The notes under the pieces are model-generated. The model ran no database searches and was not told where the DNA came from. It worked only from the letters and a program-made list of their open reading frames with translations. From positions 1 to 20,488 of the forward strand of contig NW_021823973.1 of assembly GCF_006345805.1 (NCBI RefSeq): 20,488 nucleotides of DNA, read 5' to 3'. Below are positions 1 through 10,400 of this stretch, in pieces; positions within the stretch are counted from its first letter, which is position 1; each line of letters opens with the position of its first letter. This DNA is from Octopus sinensis. Lineage: Eukaryota. A program made the position numbers and the translations under genes.

Positions 1-313
1 CTTGTGAATCCATATTGCTGTATACATCAATACAAGTTAACAGCCATGAAAAAGAATCATTGGAACTCGAAAATCTAAAATAATCAGAAAAAGGGAAATT
101 AATTATCGATATTACAGTTTTTGTAAAAATCCAAAAATATTACATAAATGATGAAAAAATCAGAAAAAGCACCTTTTAAGATCGATTAAATCCATTTGAA
201 ACCTTTCATTTGGTTTATTAGCAAAAACGTGAAATTCTGTATCATGGTCCTTTAAAGGTCCAGAAAAGCGGCAAATGTCACAGTTGATAACAACATCACG
301 GACGATTTCACGT

Positions 314-1528
314 TTAATAAAGCAGAGAAACTTCTTCCACTACTAGAAATTGTTCCTTGCTAAAAAAACTAGTGAGTGGATATTTTCTTGTTTTTATATT
401 TTTATCGAAATCAATTTTAATTGTAACATTATCTCCAATTGTGATATCTTTTTTTCGAAAATTTTTGTTTGCGTCTTCTGTAACTTTTCTTTTATACTTT
501 TCATTATGAGTTTTTACTTCTAAGGATAATTCCGTTTCTTCCGATTCTGAGTTAATCTCTTCTTCTGCGCCTCCACATGGCAAAATATTAAAACCCGTTA
601 TTCCGTAAAATAGACTGGGTAAATAAAAAGAGACTAACCAAAATTGTGACTTTCCAGTTGCGCGATGACAAGTTATGTTGTATTTATACACCACCTTCTG
701 TAGAATTTCTCTCCACCTTATAGATTCTGTTGCGAACAAAGTCTTCCCCAACCAACGTTTGAGAGTTTGGTTATATCTTTCTATTTGTCCTTGAGATTGT
801 GGGTGCCTTGGTCTTCCATATATCGGAGTTATTTTCCAATCATCAAGAAGTTTTGAAACTTCTTTGTTGCGGAATTCCTTTCCATTGTCCGAATGAAAAT
901 AAATTGGAGGACCGACAGTCTGGAATAAACTCTCAATTGCATTATAGATGCTTTGTGATGTTTTATTCTCTAACGCGAATGACCATGCAAACTTTGTGTA
1001 TGCATCGATGACAGTAAGTATCCATTTAAAATTGTCATTATTTGCAGAATACCGCCTTAGATCTATACAGTCGGCGATAAATCTTTCGTATTTTTTTTCC
1101 ACAGAAATCATTCTGATATTTTCACAAGTACTTAAAGAGTTAAATGATTGGCACGGTATGCATTTTGATACAAAATCACGAATTATACATTGTTTAATTC
1201 CAATATATTTTTGAGAAATTAGATAACACATTTTATTGAACCCAGGATGTCCTTCATTATGTTCATCACAAAGAATAGATTGAATCCTTTCATGTTCAAA
1301 AGGACATATAACAATTTTATGTGTTCCTGATTTGGAATAAGAGAATAATTGATCGTCTGCAAAATGAAGAGTTTTACACTTTCTTCGAATTGTTCGCTTT
1401 TTGGTTTCTGTCATTCCAGGTTCATATTTTTTAGACAATAGATATAGTAAAATAGAATCATATTCTCCTTTGCTATTGATGTGTATCGAGCGCACCATGA
1501 ACAGTTTAAAATTTATTCCCAAAATCAT
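314..1528 (-). CDS. Ginger/GIN-type DDE integrase-like transposase (KRBA2/SCAND3-like); probable start is MVRSI at 1498; probable 24-nt intron at 615-638
   Basis: 404-aa ORF with integrase HHCC zinc motif (EHNEGHPG...SKCIPCQ), rve core motifs (ERFIADCIDL, WILTVIDAYTKFAW, HSDNGKEF, RPRHPQSQGQIERYNQTLK) and a C-terminal IGDNVTIKIDF segment. No gag, RT or RNase H next to it, which favours a Ginger DNA transposon over an LTR element. The C-terminus looks shorter than the paralogous remnant at 19140-19317. Confidence 0.88.
   Translation of the reverse strand: MILGINFKLFMVRSIHINSKGEYDSILLYLLSKKYEPGMTETKKRTIRRKCKTLHFADDQLFSYSKSGTHKIVICPFEHERIQSILCDEHNEGHPGFNKMCYLISQKYIGIKQCIIRDFVSKCIPCQSFNSLSTCENIRMISVEKKYERFIADCIDLRRYSANNDNFKWILTVIDAYTKFAWSFALENKTSQSIYNAIESLFQTVGPPIYFHSDNGKEFRNKEVSKLLDDWKITPIYGRPRHPQSQGQIERYNQTLKRWLGKTLFATESIRWREILQKVVYKYNITCHRATGKSQFWLVSFYLPSLFYGITGFNILPCGGAEEEINSESEETELSLEVKTHNEKYKRKVTEDANKNFRKKDITIGDNVTIKIDFDKNIKTRKYPLTSFFSKEQFLVVEEVSLLY
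615..638 (-). other. Putative 24-nt spliceosomal intron in the Ginger integrase
   Basis: Minus strand GTTAGTCTCTTTTTATTTACCCAG (GT...CAG, pyrimidine-rich). Removal turns TGKSQFWLVSFYLPSLFYG into TGKSQFCLFYG, the usual integrase TGxSPFxLxYG spacing. Confidence 0.65.
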
Positions 1529-1559
1529 AATAATTTGGAGTGATAAATCCGATTTATCA

Positions 1560-1602
1560 CTCCGGACACTTAGAACTGGCCCGGACGCTATAACTTACGA
1601 CA
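1560..1602 (-). mobile_element. Candidate 5' terminus of the Ginger element (TGTCG...)
   Basis: Minus strand reads TGTCGTAAGTTATAGCGTCCGG from 1602, about 100 bp upstream of the probable ATG, with a repeated CCGGAC motif. Ginger ends begin with TGT. No matching opposite TIR found. Confidence 0.35.
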
Positions 1603-2251
1603 ATAACTAATTTGTGACTCCCGTTTTCAACACGATAATAAAGGCAGTCATTTAATAGTATAAAAGATTTTGACTTGGTCAAAAGCCTTCTTTCCTAATA
1701 TCTATTTCTTGTCTTTACATCGATCCCTTGGAGAATTGACTTGATTTGATCATATTCATTGTTATTTCTTATATAACTTCTTTTGTTTTGGAAAACCAAA
1801 CGTGAACAATCCATAGTATATAGCAGCGGTTCTCAACCTTTTTTAGACTGGGGACCACTTTTGAACTATAAAATTTTGTGGGGACCACCTTAAATAAAAT
1901 AAACATTTTTTGGTATTAGCGCACAATTTTTGACCTCGTCAGGGCCAGGTTTAGACATGTTCGAATATTTATTATAAAAATAACATGAACATTATGAAAA
2001 TAACAGAAAATTTAATAGTAATTTAGTGAGATTTCTGATCTTGTTTGTTCAGAATAATTTTACTTATATCAGGCTCTATGTTCGACAAAGCTACTCGCAT
2101 ATCATCTTGTACCCGTAGTCTATTTCTATATTTTGTTTTTAGAAAAGTCAGACACGACATCGCCATTTCACAGTGATAAGTAGTGGGGAATGCAAGTATT
2201 GATTCCAATGCAGTTTTACTCAAAATGGGGAATTCTTTCGCCATCTGACAC

Positions 2252-2284
2252 CTAACAATAAAAAGTAATTATTAATGAGAATAC
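2252..2284 (-). other. Putative 33-nt intron in the hAT transposase
   Basis: GTATTCTCATTAATAATTACTTTTTATTGTTAG. Splicing gives LLDFW-CQMAKEFPIL, matching hAT FWxxxxxE(Y/F)PxL spacing. Contains an in-frame TAA. Confidence 0.8.
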
Positions 2285-3266
2285 CAAAAATCTAATAATG
2301 AAGTACATTTGAAAATAATCTGAGCAGACTGATTACATTGAAGTTCAATCAAGCTCTGCTGAAAATTGAGTTCCTGATATTCTTTAAATGAGGTCAAGAA
2401 AGGTTGAACGATCCAGTTTGGAATTGGGTCTTCAACAGGAAAATAATCATCAAATTTTGTCTTGAGATTTTCCAGATGTTTGATTATCAGACTTAGAAGA
2501 ACATTATCCGGTGGGTTGTGTCCGAGATGATATTCAAGCATTGGGAACATTGATGTTATTCCTTTTTTTATTTTCATTATCCACAATAATAACTTTTTTT
2601 AAAAGCCATTATTATTTGAGTTTGGAAAATTCGATAATTAAGTGGTCGAGATCGAATATAGTTTATCACTTTTACAATAGTGTTTAGTGTTTCTCTTAAC
2701 GACGAACACATAGTTTTTGAACAAAGTGCATATTTGTGCAATGCACAATGTCTTGTAATAATATCAGGAACCAAATCCTTAATACGAGTAACAAGTCCAG
2801 ATTGATGACCAATCATCGCAGGTGCACCATCAGTACATATAGATCCAACTTTATCTCATTGGATTTTATTCGTCTTCATAAAATTGTCAAAAATATTAAA
2901 GATGTCCTCTCCACGAGTGTGTCCATCCATCTCCAAACAAAATAAAAACTCATCAATAATATTCTCATCATCAACAAAGCGAACATAGGACACAAGCTGA
3001 CAGACGTTAGAAATGTCAGTTGACTCGTCCAATTGAATACTTATTCTGCATTTACTTTTATTGATTCTTTCAATTAATTGCTCCAGGATATCAGATGACA
3101 ATTCTGAAATTCTACGGGAAATTGAATCGTTGGATAATGGTATGTCCTTAAGTTTGGTAACTGCATCCGGACCAAACAAAATTCGAGCCATTTCAAGAGC
3201 CACTGGTTTGATTAACTTTTCACCAGAATTATGTGCAGCTTTGTTTTTTGCGATAATCATTGAGAC

Positions 3267-3296
3267 CTATTTGTTTTAGATATAAATTAAAATTAC
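3267..3296 (-). other. Putative 30-nt intron in the hAT transposase
   Basis: GTAATTTTAATTTATATCTAAAACAAATAG, phase 0, with a CTAA branch-like motif and in-frame stops. Splicing gives LEASYA-VSMIIAKNK, the Buster LEASYxVSxxIAKxK motif. Confidence 0.82.
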
Positions 3297-3677
3297 AGCA
3301 TATGATGCTTCTAATCTCGGTTATTCTTGAGATTTATTAAACCACTCAAGCTTTGGCTGTGAATCAAACTTCGTTCTTTTGACTTTAAAATATTCATGTG
3401 AGGAAGAATTTTCTGGGTGTACAGACTCTTTGTGGCGCCTAAGTTGAGAAGGTTTCAGTGAATTGTTTCCCAAAATTTTATGGCAAATCATGCATTTTGC
3501 CTTTAATTCATTATTTGGGGCAATGAATTTAGTGAATCCAAATTGTACGTAGGAATCCGACCAAAGACGACGATTCTTGTTAACCATAACTAGAATGATA
3601 AACCACGCTAATCAAATCAGATTAATTTCAATGTTTTTGATTTATACTTAATTGTACAATTAGTTTTAAATTTAATA

Positions 3678-3798
3678 CAGTGAAACCTCTCGAATCCGCT
3701 GCTTCTCGAATCCGCCGCTTCTCGAATCCGCTTGTTTTAATCAAAAATTTGAAATTTCCTATGAATGATTCTTGAATCCGCTTGTTTCTCGAATCCGC
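3678..3798 (+). mobile_element. Tigger/pogo left TIR with subterminal repeats
   Basis: TA (3676-3677) followed by CAGTGAAACCTCTCGAATCCG. TCTCGAATCCGC recurs at 3688, 3704, 3720, 3770 (1 mismatch) and 3787. Confidence 0.75.
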
Positions 3799-3894
3799 TC
3801 CTCAAGTATTATGAAAAATAATTTTTTATCTAATTGTAAGTTAAATTAATTAACATTTTAAAATTTTCATTACACGTTAAATTGTATTTTTGTG

Positions 3895-4933
3895 ATGCTT
3901 CGCTGTGTTAGACTTTCTGTCAACGAAAAAATTTCTATACTACGTTATATTTCTGACAACCCATTCGTTTCTGCACCTCAAATTTCCAGGATTGTTTCTT
4001 CACGGTTAAAAAAGAAAATTTCTCCGAGAACTATAAACGACCTTAAATCAAAATCGGACCTTTTGAATAGGACTGACATCAAAAAATTAAACCTAACGAG
4101 AATTCCAAAACTCAAATTTAATGAAATTGATGTAGCGATGATAACATGGATTAACTTAATGGAATCTAGTGGAGCAATTCTATCAGATTCGATGTTAATT
4201 GCAAAAGCTCTTAAGTTTGGAAAAAATTTTCCAGAATTTAAAGCAAGTCGTGGGTGGCTAGAAAAGTTTAAATTACGAAATGGTATCAAGTTAAGAAAAT
4301 TACACGGAAACAGTGGATCAGTAAATCATGATGAAAAATCTATTACTGATTTTAATGAAACAATGAGTTTAAAAATTGAACAATATGGATTGGACAATGT
4401 TTATAATGCAGATGAAACTGGTGTTTTTTACAAGGCGATTCCTTCCAAAAGTGTGTGTACCAAATCACGGCCTGGAATAAAGTTGTCGAAGGATCGATTT
4501 TCGTTACTATTATGCGCAAATTGTTCTGGTTCCGATAAAAGAAGGCCTGTGATGATAGGAAGATTCAAAAGTCCAAGGTGTTTTAAAAATTTCAACATTG
4601 GAAAATATGTTACCTACACCCATTCCAATAAGGCATGGATGAACCGTGAAATTTTTAACAAGTGACTCAGTGATTTTGATTGTGAACTTGCAAAGAAAAA
4701 AAGAAAAATTCTACTTGTAATAGATCAATGTCCATCTCATCAAATTATTTAATAATTATACTTAGGAAACACTTATTGAAGAGGAATCAAATGAGAAAAA
4801 AGTTGATCTCTCAGAAGCCTTCAGAGCTCTAGAGATTATTAAAACTTATGCTTCTCAGGTAAATGCAGATATAGATGATCATGAAAATATTATGCGAATT
4901 GGGGAAATGTTAAGAAAATCAATTAAAAAATAA
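3895..4933 (+). pseudogene. Tigger/pogo transposase (HTH-psq, CENP-B HTH, DDE_1), internally deleted
   Basis: RLSVNEKISIL HTH, FKASRGWLEKFKLRNGI, VYNADETGVFYK, KDRFSLLLCAN, NKAWMNREIFNK then TGA for Trp (4663) then LSDFD...LLVIDQCPSH. The QPLD region is missing; a C-terminal EAFRALEIIKTY frame ends at TAA 4931-4933. Confidence 0.9.
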
Positions 4934-4936
4934 AAT

Positions 4937-4999
4937 TGGTCCAATTTAACGCATTTAGTGGTCCAATTTAACGCATTTAGTGGTCCAATTTAACGCATT
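4937..4999. repeat. 22-bp tandem repeat, 2.9 copies
   Basis: TGGTCCAATTTAACGCATTTAG at 4937 and 4959, with a 19-nt partial copy at 4981. Confidence 0.95.
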
Positions 5000-6259
5000 C
5001 AAGCTTAGAATCTTTCCTTTTGTTATTACATCAAGCATTCGTAATTTTATCGAGGGTTAAAATTCTAAAAAAAGTAAAAAATGTCACACTCACCAGAATA
5101 AACGGTTTTTTATTGCGCTTGTGTAATTAAAATTTTCAATTTAGACATATAACACAATACAAAAAAAATATAACAAAATTGATTTAGGGTTAATTTAATG
5201 ATCCCTTTCGATATCGACAAAGAAAAATCACGGTTATCTTTGCAAAATATGCCGTATTTAAAAAAACGGTTTTTTTTTGCACCTAGTGTATAAAATATTA
5301 TTTAAATTGCCTCTCGAATCCGCCGACCACTAAAAATTTTCTGGGGACCACGGTTGAGAACCCCTGACCTAAATGATGAAATTTCAAATAATTTAACCAT
5401 TAAAAGAAACTACATCCCGAAATATTCCTTTGAATCCATTTAAATATATAAATAAAGGTAAACCAAATAAAGACAACATCGCTACATAATGGATCAACAG
5501 CGTGGTCACACGTGCCTTAATTCATTAGTTTTGCCATTGAAAATTAAATAATTAAACAATATTTAATTAAAAATGAACTATATTTTAATTAAAACACAAT
5601 TTTAAATATCATTAGTTCTCATGCATTACATAAAAATAAAGTCTCGAATAAGTTTCTGATCCAGAGGAAAAAAATTCAAATAAAAAGACTATATTTCGCC
5701 ACTTAATCCTACCAAAAATATTTAAATCCAAATAAAAATGTAATTGATATTTATTCCAGCTATCTCTTTTTGGCTTTTTATCCGCCAATTTCTGCCAGGC
5801 TCATGGCTGGAATACAGCGTCTGTGTACTCTACAGGTTTCACTGATGTCTCTTGGTGGCTACTTTCTCACTCAGTCGCTCATTAATTTCCTCAATATCTA
5901 TTAAAATAATCGTTACGTGATTCACCGCCGTAGTTGAAAGGTTGCCTTTACTGGAAACTCGATCTTGACGAATGACGCCACCATGATTCTAAGTACCAGA
6001 TGAATCTCGGATGGAGGAACGTGTAAAATCCTAGTCTAGAAACAGCCGAACGCCAATGAATAAAAATAAAAGAAATTTAAAAAGAATGAGCACCTTCATT
6101 CATTCCGGATTAATTAGATTTACTAGCATACTCGTTCTCTCTCTTGTTCTTGCAAAACTGTGTGGCTGGCACATGCAAAATCTTAGGCACATAAACACTT
6201 GTTAAACCTCCGGAGCAAACCTCAGGAATAGAATATGCAAGAAAGATTTAATCGTTGAA

Positions 6260-6350
6260 AAAGTTGGCCTCGAAATTAATCTGAAAAATATGAGATCACT
6301 AATTTGAATCCTAGTCAAGCTGATTTGGGGTTTATCATAAATGAGTATGG
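6260..6350 (+). pseudogene. Possible decayed non-LTR RT remnant (RT domains 6-7)
   Basis: KVGLEINLK followed about 15 codons later, in another frame, by DLGFIINEYG, resembling GLxINxxK...YLGxxI. Short and degenerate. Confidence 0.28.
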
Positions 6351-6640
6351 ACACACCATCATGACGTTAAAATAACTTGAAAGGAAGATCTATAAATGTT
6401 GTGATCACCAATATTAAAATTCTGTAGGAAAAAATCTTCTTGTTTTACTGGACGCACATGACGAACTGTTCCTCCTAAAAAGTATATATTTCTGACTAGG
6501 CTTATGTATTTTATACGCTCTGCTTCATGTGTCCAATGAAAATTTAAATTATTTAAACTCAGAATGATAACTCGAGTTTGTTCCGAAATATTTGCAACAA
6601 TAATTAGTTTATTGTAAATATTTTTCTTCTGAAACTAAAA

Positions 6641-6768
6641 AAACGGTGTTTGAAAGATGAAAAAAAGTGTTTCAAAAAATGAGAAATTTTTTATTTTTGA
6701 CAACGATCGATGCAAAAATACATTGTTTGATATGCAACCAGTTAATCGCTATACCAAAGAAACATTAA
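6641..6768 (+). pseudogene. SPIN/GTF2IRD2-like hAT N-terminal zinc-finger remnant
   Basis: With small shifts reads KRCLKDE.KVFQK.(TGA=W)EIFYF..TTIDAKIHCLICNQLIAIPK, resembling RVFQxxWExxYF...CLICxxxIAVxKE. Confidence 0.55.
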
Positions 6769-7156
6769 CGTATAGAACATTGTTGTACATGATGAAATCG
6801 GATTTATCAAAAAGAGCAGCCAAATACATTAATTAATTGGAGATACGGTTATTGGAATTTGGGGCATCTACAGTGGCCGACAACAAAATTTAAAAGATTT
6901 AAAATAAAATTATTTGCAATAAGGAAATCAATACGAAAAAATACCTAGAAAATCGAGTTACGTCCATGAAAAAAGAAGTTTTAACTTTATGAGGCACGCG
7001 GGGAAATGTAAATTCATTAAATGTCACCGTCCGCTGAACGGACCACGCCTTTAAATGAAACAATATCAAAATGTCATTTTCATTAATTCTATCCATAAAA
7101 TATGAAAAACTTATGGAATTAACCGATATATGCAATTATCCGATATTGCAAAAAAA

Positions 7157-7348
7157 TCAATAATTTTTTGATTCAGATAATAACATAATTTCTTCTCTAT
7201 TCTTCAAAATCCATGAAACTTGAGACTGAGAACAGTTGAATCTTGCAGATAGAGTTGCCTGAGTTTGGCCTCCTTGAATAAACAAATTGATTATTTCCAA
7301 TTTTTGAGAAAGTGTAAGATCACGACGTAACGAAAATGACATGTGCAA
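7157..7348 (-). pseudogene. pogo/Tigger HTH-psq DNA-binding domain fragment
   Basis: RRDLTLSQKLEIINLF...QATLSARFNCSQSQVSWILKNREEI is a typical psq-type HTH. No CENP-B or DDE continuation is recognisable. A TA-CAGTGG terminus-like site lies at 6869-6876. Confidence 0.75.
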
Positions 7349-7470
7349 TAATAATTAACTTGTACTAAACCTTATTTTAAAGCCTAACCTAACTCGAGAA
7401 AAACGCCTATAAAGCTTTTGCTTTTATAAAGCCCTAATTTTAAAGCTTATAAGATTTAAAATTATCTTTA

Positions 7471-10400
7471 TTTTTTTTTTTTTTTTAAATTTATATTTTC
7501 ATTTATTAATTAATGTCAGGTAATAATTCAGAGAAGAAATTGATTTGAGAAATCAATTGAGGAGCCCGCTGCCTGTATGGAAAGCGAGTTCCCTCGGAGT
7601 ATGGCTATTCCGATCCTTTGTCTTAGCCATACTCCTTCACGAGGATCATTTTTCTTTGTGGCGAGCATTCTTCGAGTTCGCGCAAGAACTCGGCAGTCGC
7701 TGGGCCAACAGCTCCTGATGACTCAGCCGCAACAGGGGTGAATCTGTAGCGGTCCCCGAGGAAGGAATATTTTTGGTTTTAAGGTTTTCCGCGATTGAGG
7801 CAGCTGCTCCAGGTGTCTGAACCGATTTAAGGAGATTCGTGCTTGAGTAAGTATCGACGCAAGTTGCGTCCCAGACCAAAGATCGTCCGGAGTTGAAAGG
7901 AAAAGAGTCATCCCGTCAGGTCTTTTTCCATCACCTCGATCGAGACCCATGGTTCAAGCTGTGCTGGGAAGCCTGCAGCCTTCAGAGCTCTGACGATCAC
8001 GTCGTTCAGAGCGGCGTGACGTGGTCCTCTTCCGGCGGATCTCCTGCAGGATAGGGGTGCAATCCCTTCGCATCGACCGTTTTCCCGCAGCGGCATCGGT
8101 GCTCCTGGCAAACGTCTAGTCCAAGTCTTTGTCCGATTCAATCCTCAAAGAATCGTCGTCAAAAAAGTCCCGAGATTTGGGCAAGGGATTGCACCAAGCC
8201 ATGCTCCGCTCCCTCCACTTGAGGCTGACACCAGGCAAGCAAGGCGATGTTGATTTGCTTCTTTTTTAAGCCCTTCTGAAATTTTGGAGCAGACAATGTT
8301 ATCCCAGTTCCTTTGTTTCGTTGTGTCTTCGGGGATTTTGAGTCCTGACCCGTTCCAATCCCGGCAAGCTTCATCAAATGACTCATTCCAGCGAAGTCCA
8401 ATAGTGTGACGAAGGACTTGCCGTGTCAAATGGTTGCAGCTTGAGAGAGACGAAAGATATGCCGGGTACGCGACCTCCAGCGCCGATCTTAGACCGACAC
8501 CCCCAAATCCAGAGGGAAGCTTACATTGCTTCCAACCGAGTTCGTCGAAGCGGACGTTGATTAGTGACTCAACAGTTTGTTTGAGAGATTTGTCTATCGA
8601 AAGTAGACTGTCGTAATGTTCGTGGCAGGGTGAACTTCGCAGTAGGTATAAAAGCTTGGGTAGTCCGATGTTGTTTCTCATCAGGAAGAAGGATGTGTGA
8701 GAGTCGAGGCATGACAATCTTTTTGCGAGGCGAGACAATTCTTCATTTTTAGAAAGTAGATGGTTCCTGAGTTCGTCTTCACTGAGTGGACATCCAAGGA
8801 AATATAGTTTATCAACTGGCACAGTCGGGATCCCGGGAAGCAGTTCGTTGAAAACTCCTTGATAGAGAGAAAGTCGTGGTGTTTGAGTATGAGACATTTA
8901 TTAACTCTGATTTGTTAATATTGATGTCCAATCCCAAGTGTTTTAATGCGGGAAGTGCTTGACGTAAAGAATTGTATGTTTCCTCGAATGATCCTCCAAT
9001 TGTGGCATCGTCGAGATACCAGAGATTTAGTTGTGCGTCAATTGATCTCACAAATCATCAATTGTCAGGGCAAATAAGAGGGGTCCGAGCGGATCTCCCT
9101 GCTGGACACCAGTTTTTGATTTGATGATTTCATCATCAAAAACCAGAGACGTGTTTCTCCGTATGACAATTTAACAAGAGGGAAAAGCATGGGAGCCCTC
9201 TTCCAACACGTTTCCATAATGGAGTCTCTTCTGAGAGAATTGAATGCATTGGTTATGTCCAATTTGATTCCAATGCATTCGTTTGCAGTATTCTTCTGTG
9301 TGAAGAAACGCCTTGCCGCATGAACCGCTGCCTCACATCCGTTCTGGATACTAACACCCATTTGTTCTGGGAAGAACTCCGCACCGAGTGGGCGGCTCAC
9401 GAGGGTCGAAGCAATCTTCGCTGCGAGTCTTCTGAAATAGTTTCCGACCGCAATGGGGCGGATTCCTCCGTTGGGTTTTTTGAACGCGAGTAGCCTTGCG
9501 GAGAAGAGCAATTCTCTGGCATACTCCGGGATGTCGCCATTCACCATTTTCCTTATTAGGTCCGTGATCGATTTAACAAGACAGCGTCCTGCTTCCGAGG
9601 TGTAGGTGGACGTTAGGTCCTTGATATGGCCGGGGCGTAACCCATCCAAGCCTCCGCTGCTGCTAGCGGCAAAGGAAGCGATTCCGCGCCGCACTTCTGA
9701 TTCGGTAATCATAATCTCTTGGGTTCCTTCAGGATTCGAGAACTTTACATAATCACTCGGTGCACTTGGGTGCTTCTGAATTAAGGTATTCAGGACCTCG
9801 GGGGTGCTAGACAGCACGGTGTTCATCGGACGTGATAACCCGTAGGGCTGCCCGCACATCGCCCTCCAGAAGTTTCCGATTCACTCGCTCCTTCAGTTTG
9901 TTGGGGGCATCTTTGGTGAATGCTCCTCTGGTTTTGACCGCATTGGCAATAAGTGGCTGTTCAAGTATTGCGTGTATGCTATGACTGCCGTAATTCAATA
10001 TTCTTCCTTTCAGTTTCCCGGTTAAGTTTAGCCGGGGGTTTGTTTCTTTACTCTGGTTATCAGATTCCGTTGTAGGTGTTCCGAGTGCAACAGGTGCGAA
10101 GCATATAAGTTTTAGCCAGGATTCCCAGCTGTCAGAGGACAGTGCGTTGTCAATGAGGTCTGAGAGGCACGTTGCTGCGGCAATACGTGCTCCTTTTGGG
10201 ATTTTTACTGGGATTTTCCTGGCTTTCCGGAGGTTCGAGATCTTCAAGAGAATGTGGTCAGTATGTGGTGATGTAAAGTTTGGCTGGGCTGTTGTTTCCC
10301 GCCTGGGGACCTCGTTTCCAATACAAGGGGGGCACTGCCAGCTTGACAGCGTCTCGGCGCAGGCTTTGCTCATTTTTATGCAGCCCAAATGGGCGAATGA

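Larger units (their letters stand above)
2023..3587 (-). pseudogene. Buster/ZBED5-like hAT transposase, disrupted, with two tiny introns
   Basis: Joined fragments: BED finger (KCMICHKIL...LRRHKESVH), LEASYAVSMIIAKNK, IPLSNDSISRRI, IQLDESTD, CTDGAPAM, HCALHKYAL, hATC end FPTTYHCEMAMS...RNRL...QKSH. Lesions: TAA at 3321, TGA in place of Trp at 2856, deletion of the HTEVRWLS region near 2620, and a -1 in the A-run near 2595. Confidence 0.92.
1824..5366 (-). mobile_element. hAT DNA transposon, Buster/ZBED5-like, with nested Tigger remnant
   Basis: 15-bp TIRs CAGCGGTTCTCAACC (1824-1838) and GGTTGAGAACCCCTG (5352-5366), 14/15 inverted match. Subterminal GGGGACCAC at 1850, 1880 and 5343. Both 8-bp flanks fit NNNTANNN (GTATATAG, ACCTAAAT) but differ from each other. 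Confidence 0.8.

Noticed and set aside
276-300. TGTCACAG as the 3' TIR of the first Ginger, also matching the start of the second Ginger at 18515
   Set aside because: Only 8 bp are shared, the match to the 1602 terminus is poor, and the 4-bp flanks (CAAA vs ATAA) do not match.
5829-5844. AGGTTTCACTG as the missing Tigger right TIR
   Set aside because: It has an 11-bp perfect inverted match (14/16), but is followed by AT rather than TA, has no subterminal repeats, and lies outside the hAT end. It could be chance.
2856-6682. Alternative genetic code (TGA=Trp, or TAA/TAG=Gln)
   Set aside because: Three TGA codons sit at Trp positions, but another Trp position has TAG. TGG is used throughout, the CRE ORF ends in TGA, and two hAT ORFs end in TAA after the conserved SH. 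Mutation explains this better.
7383-7392. CCTAACCTAA as a telomeric (TTAGG)n seed
   Set aside because: Only two units, which is expected by chance.
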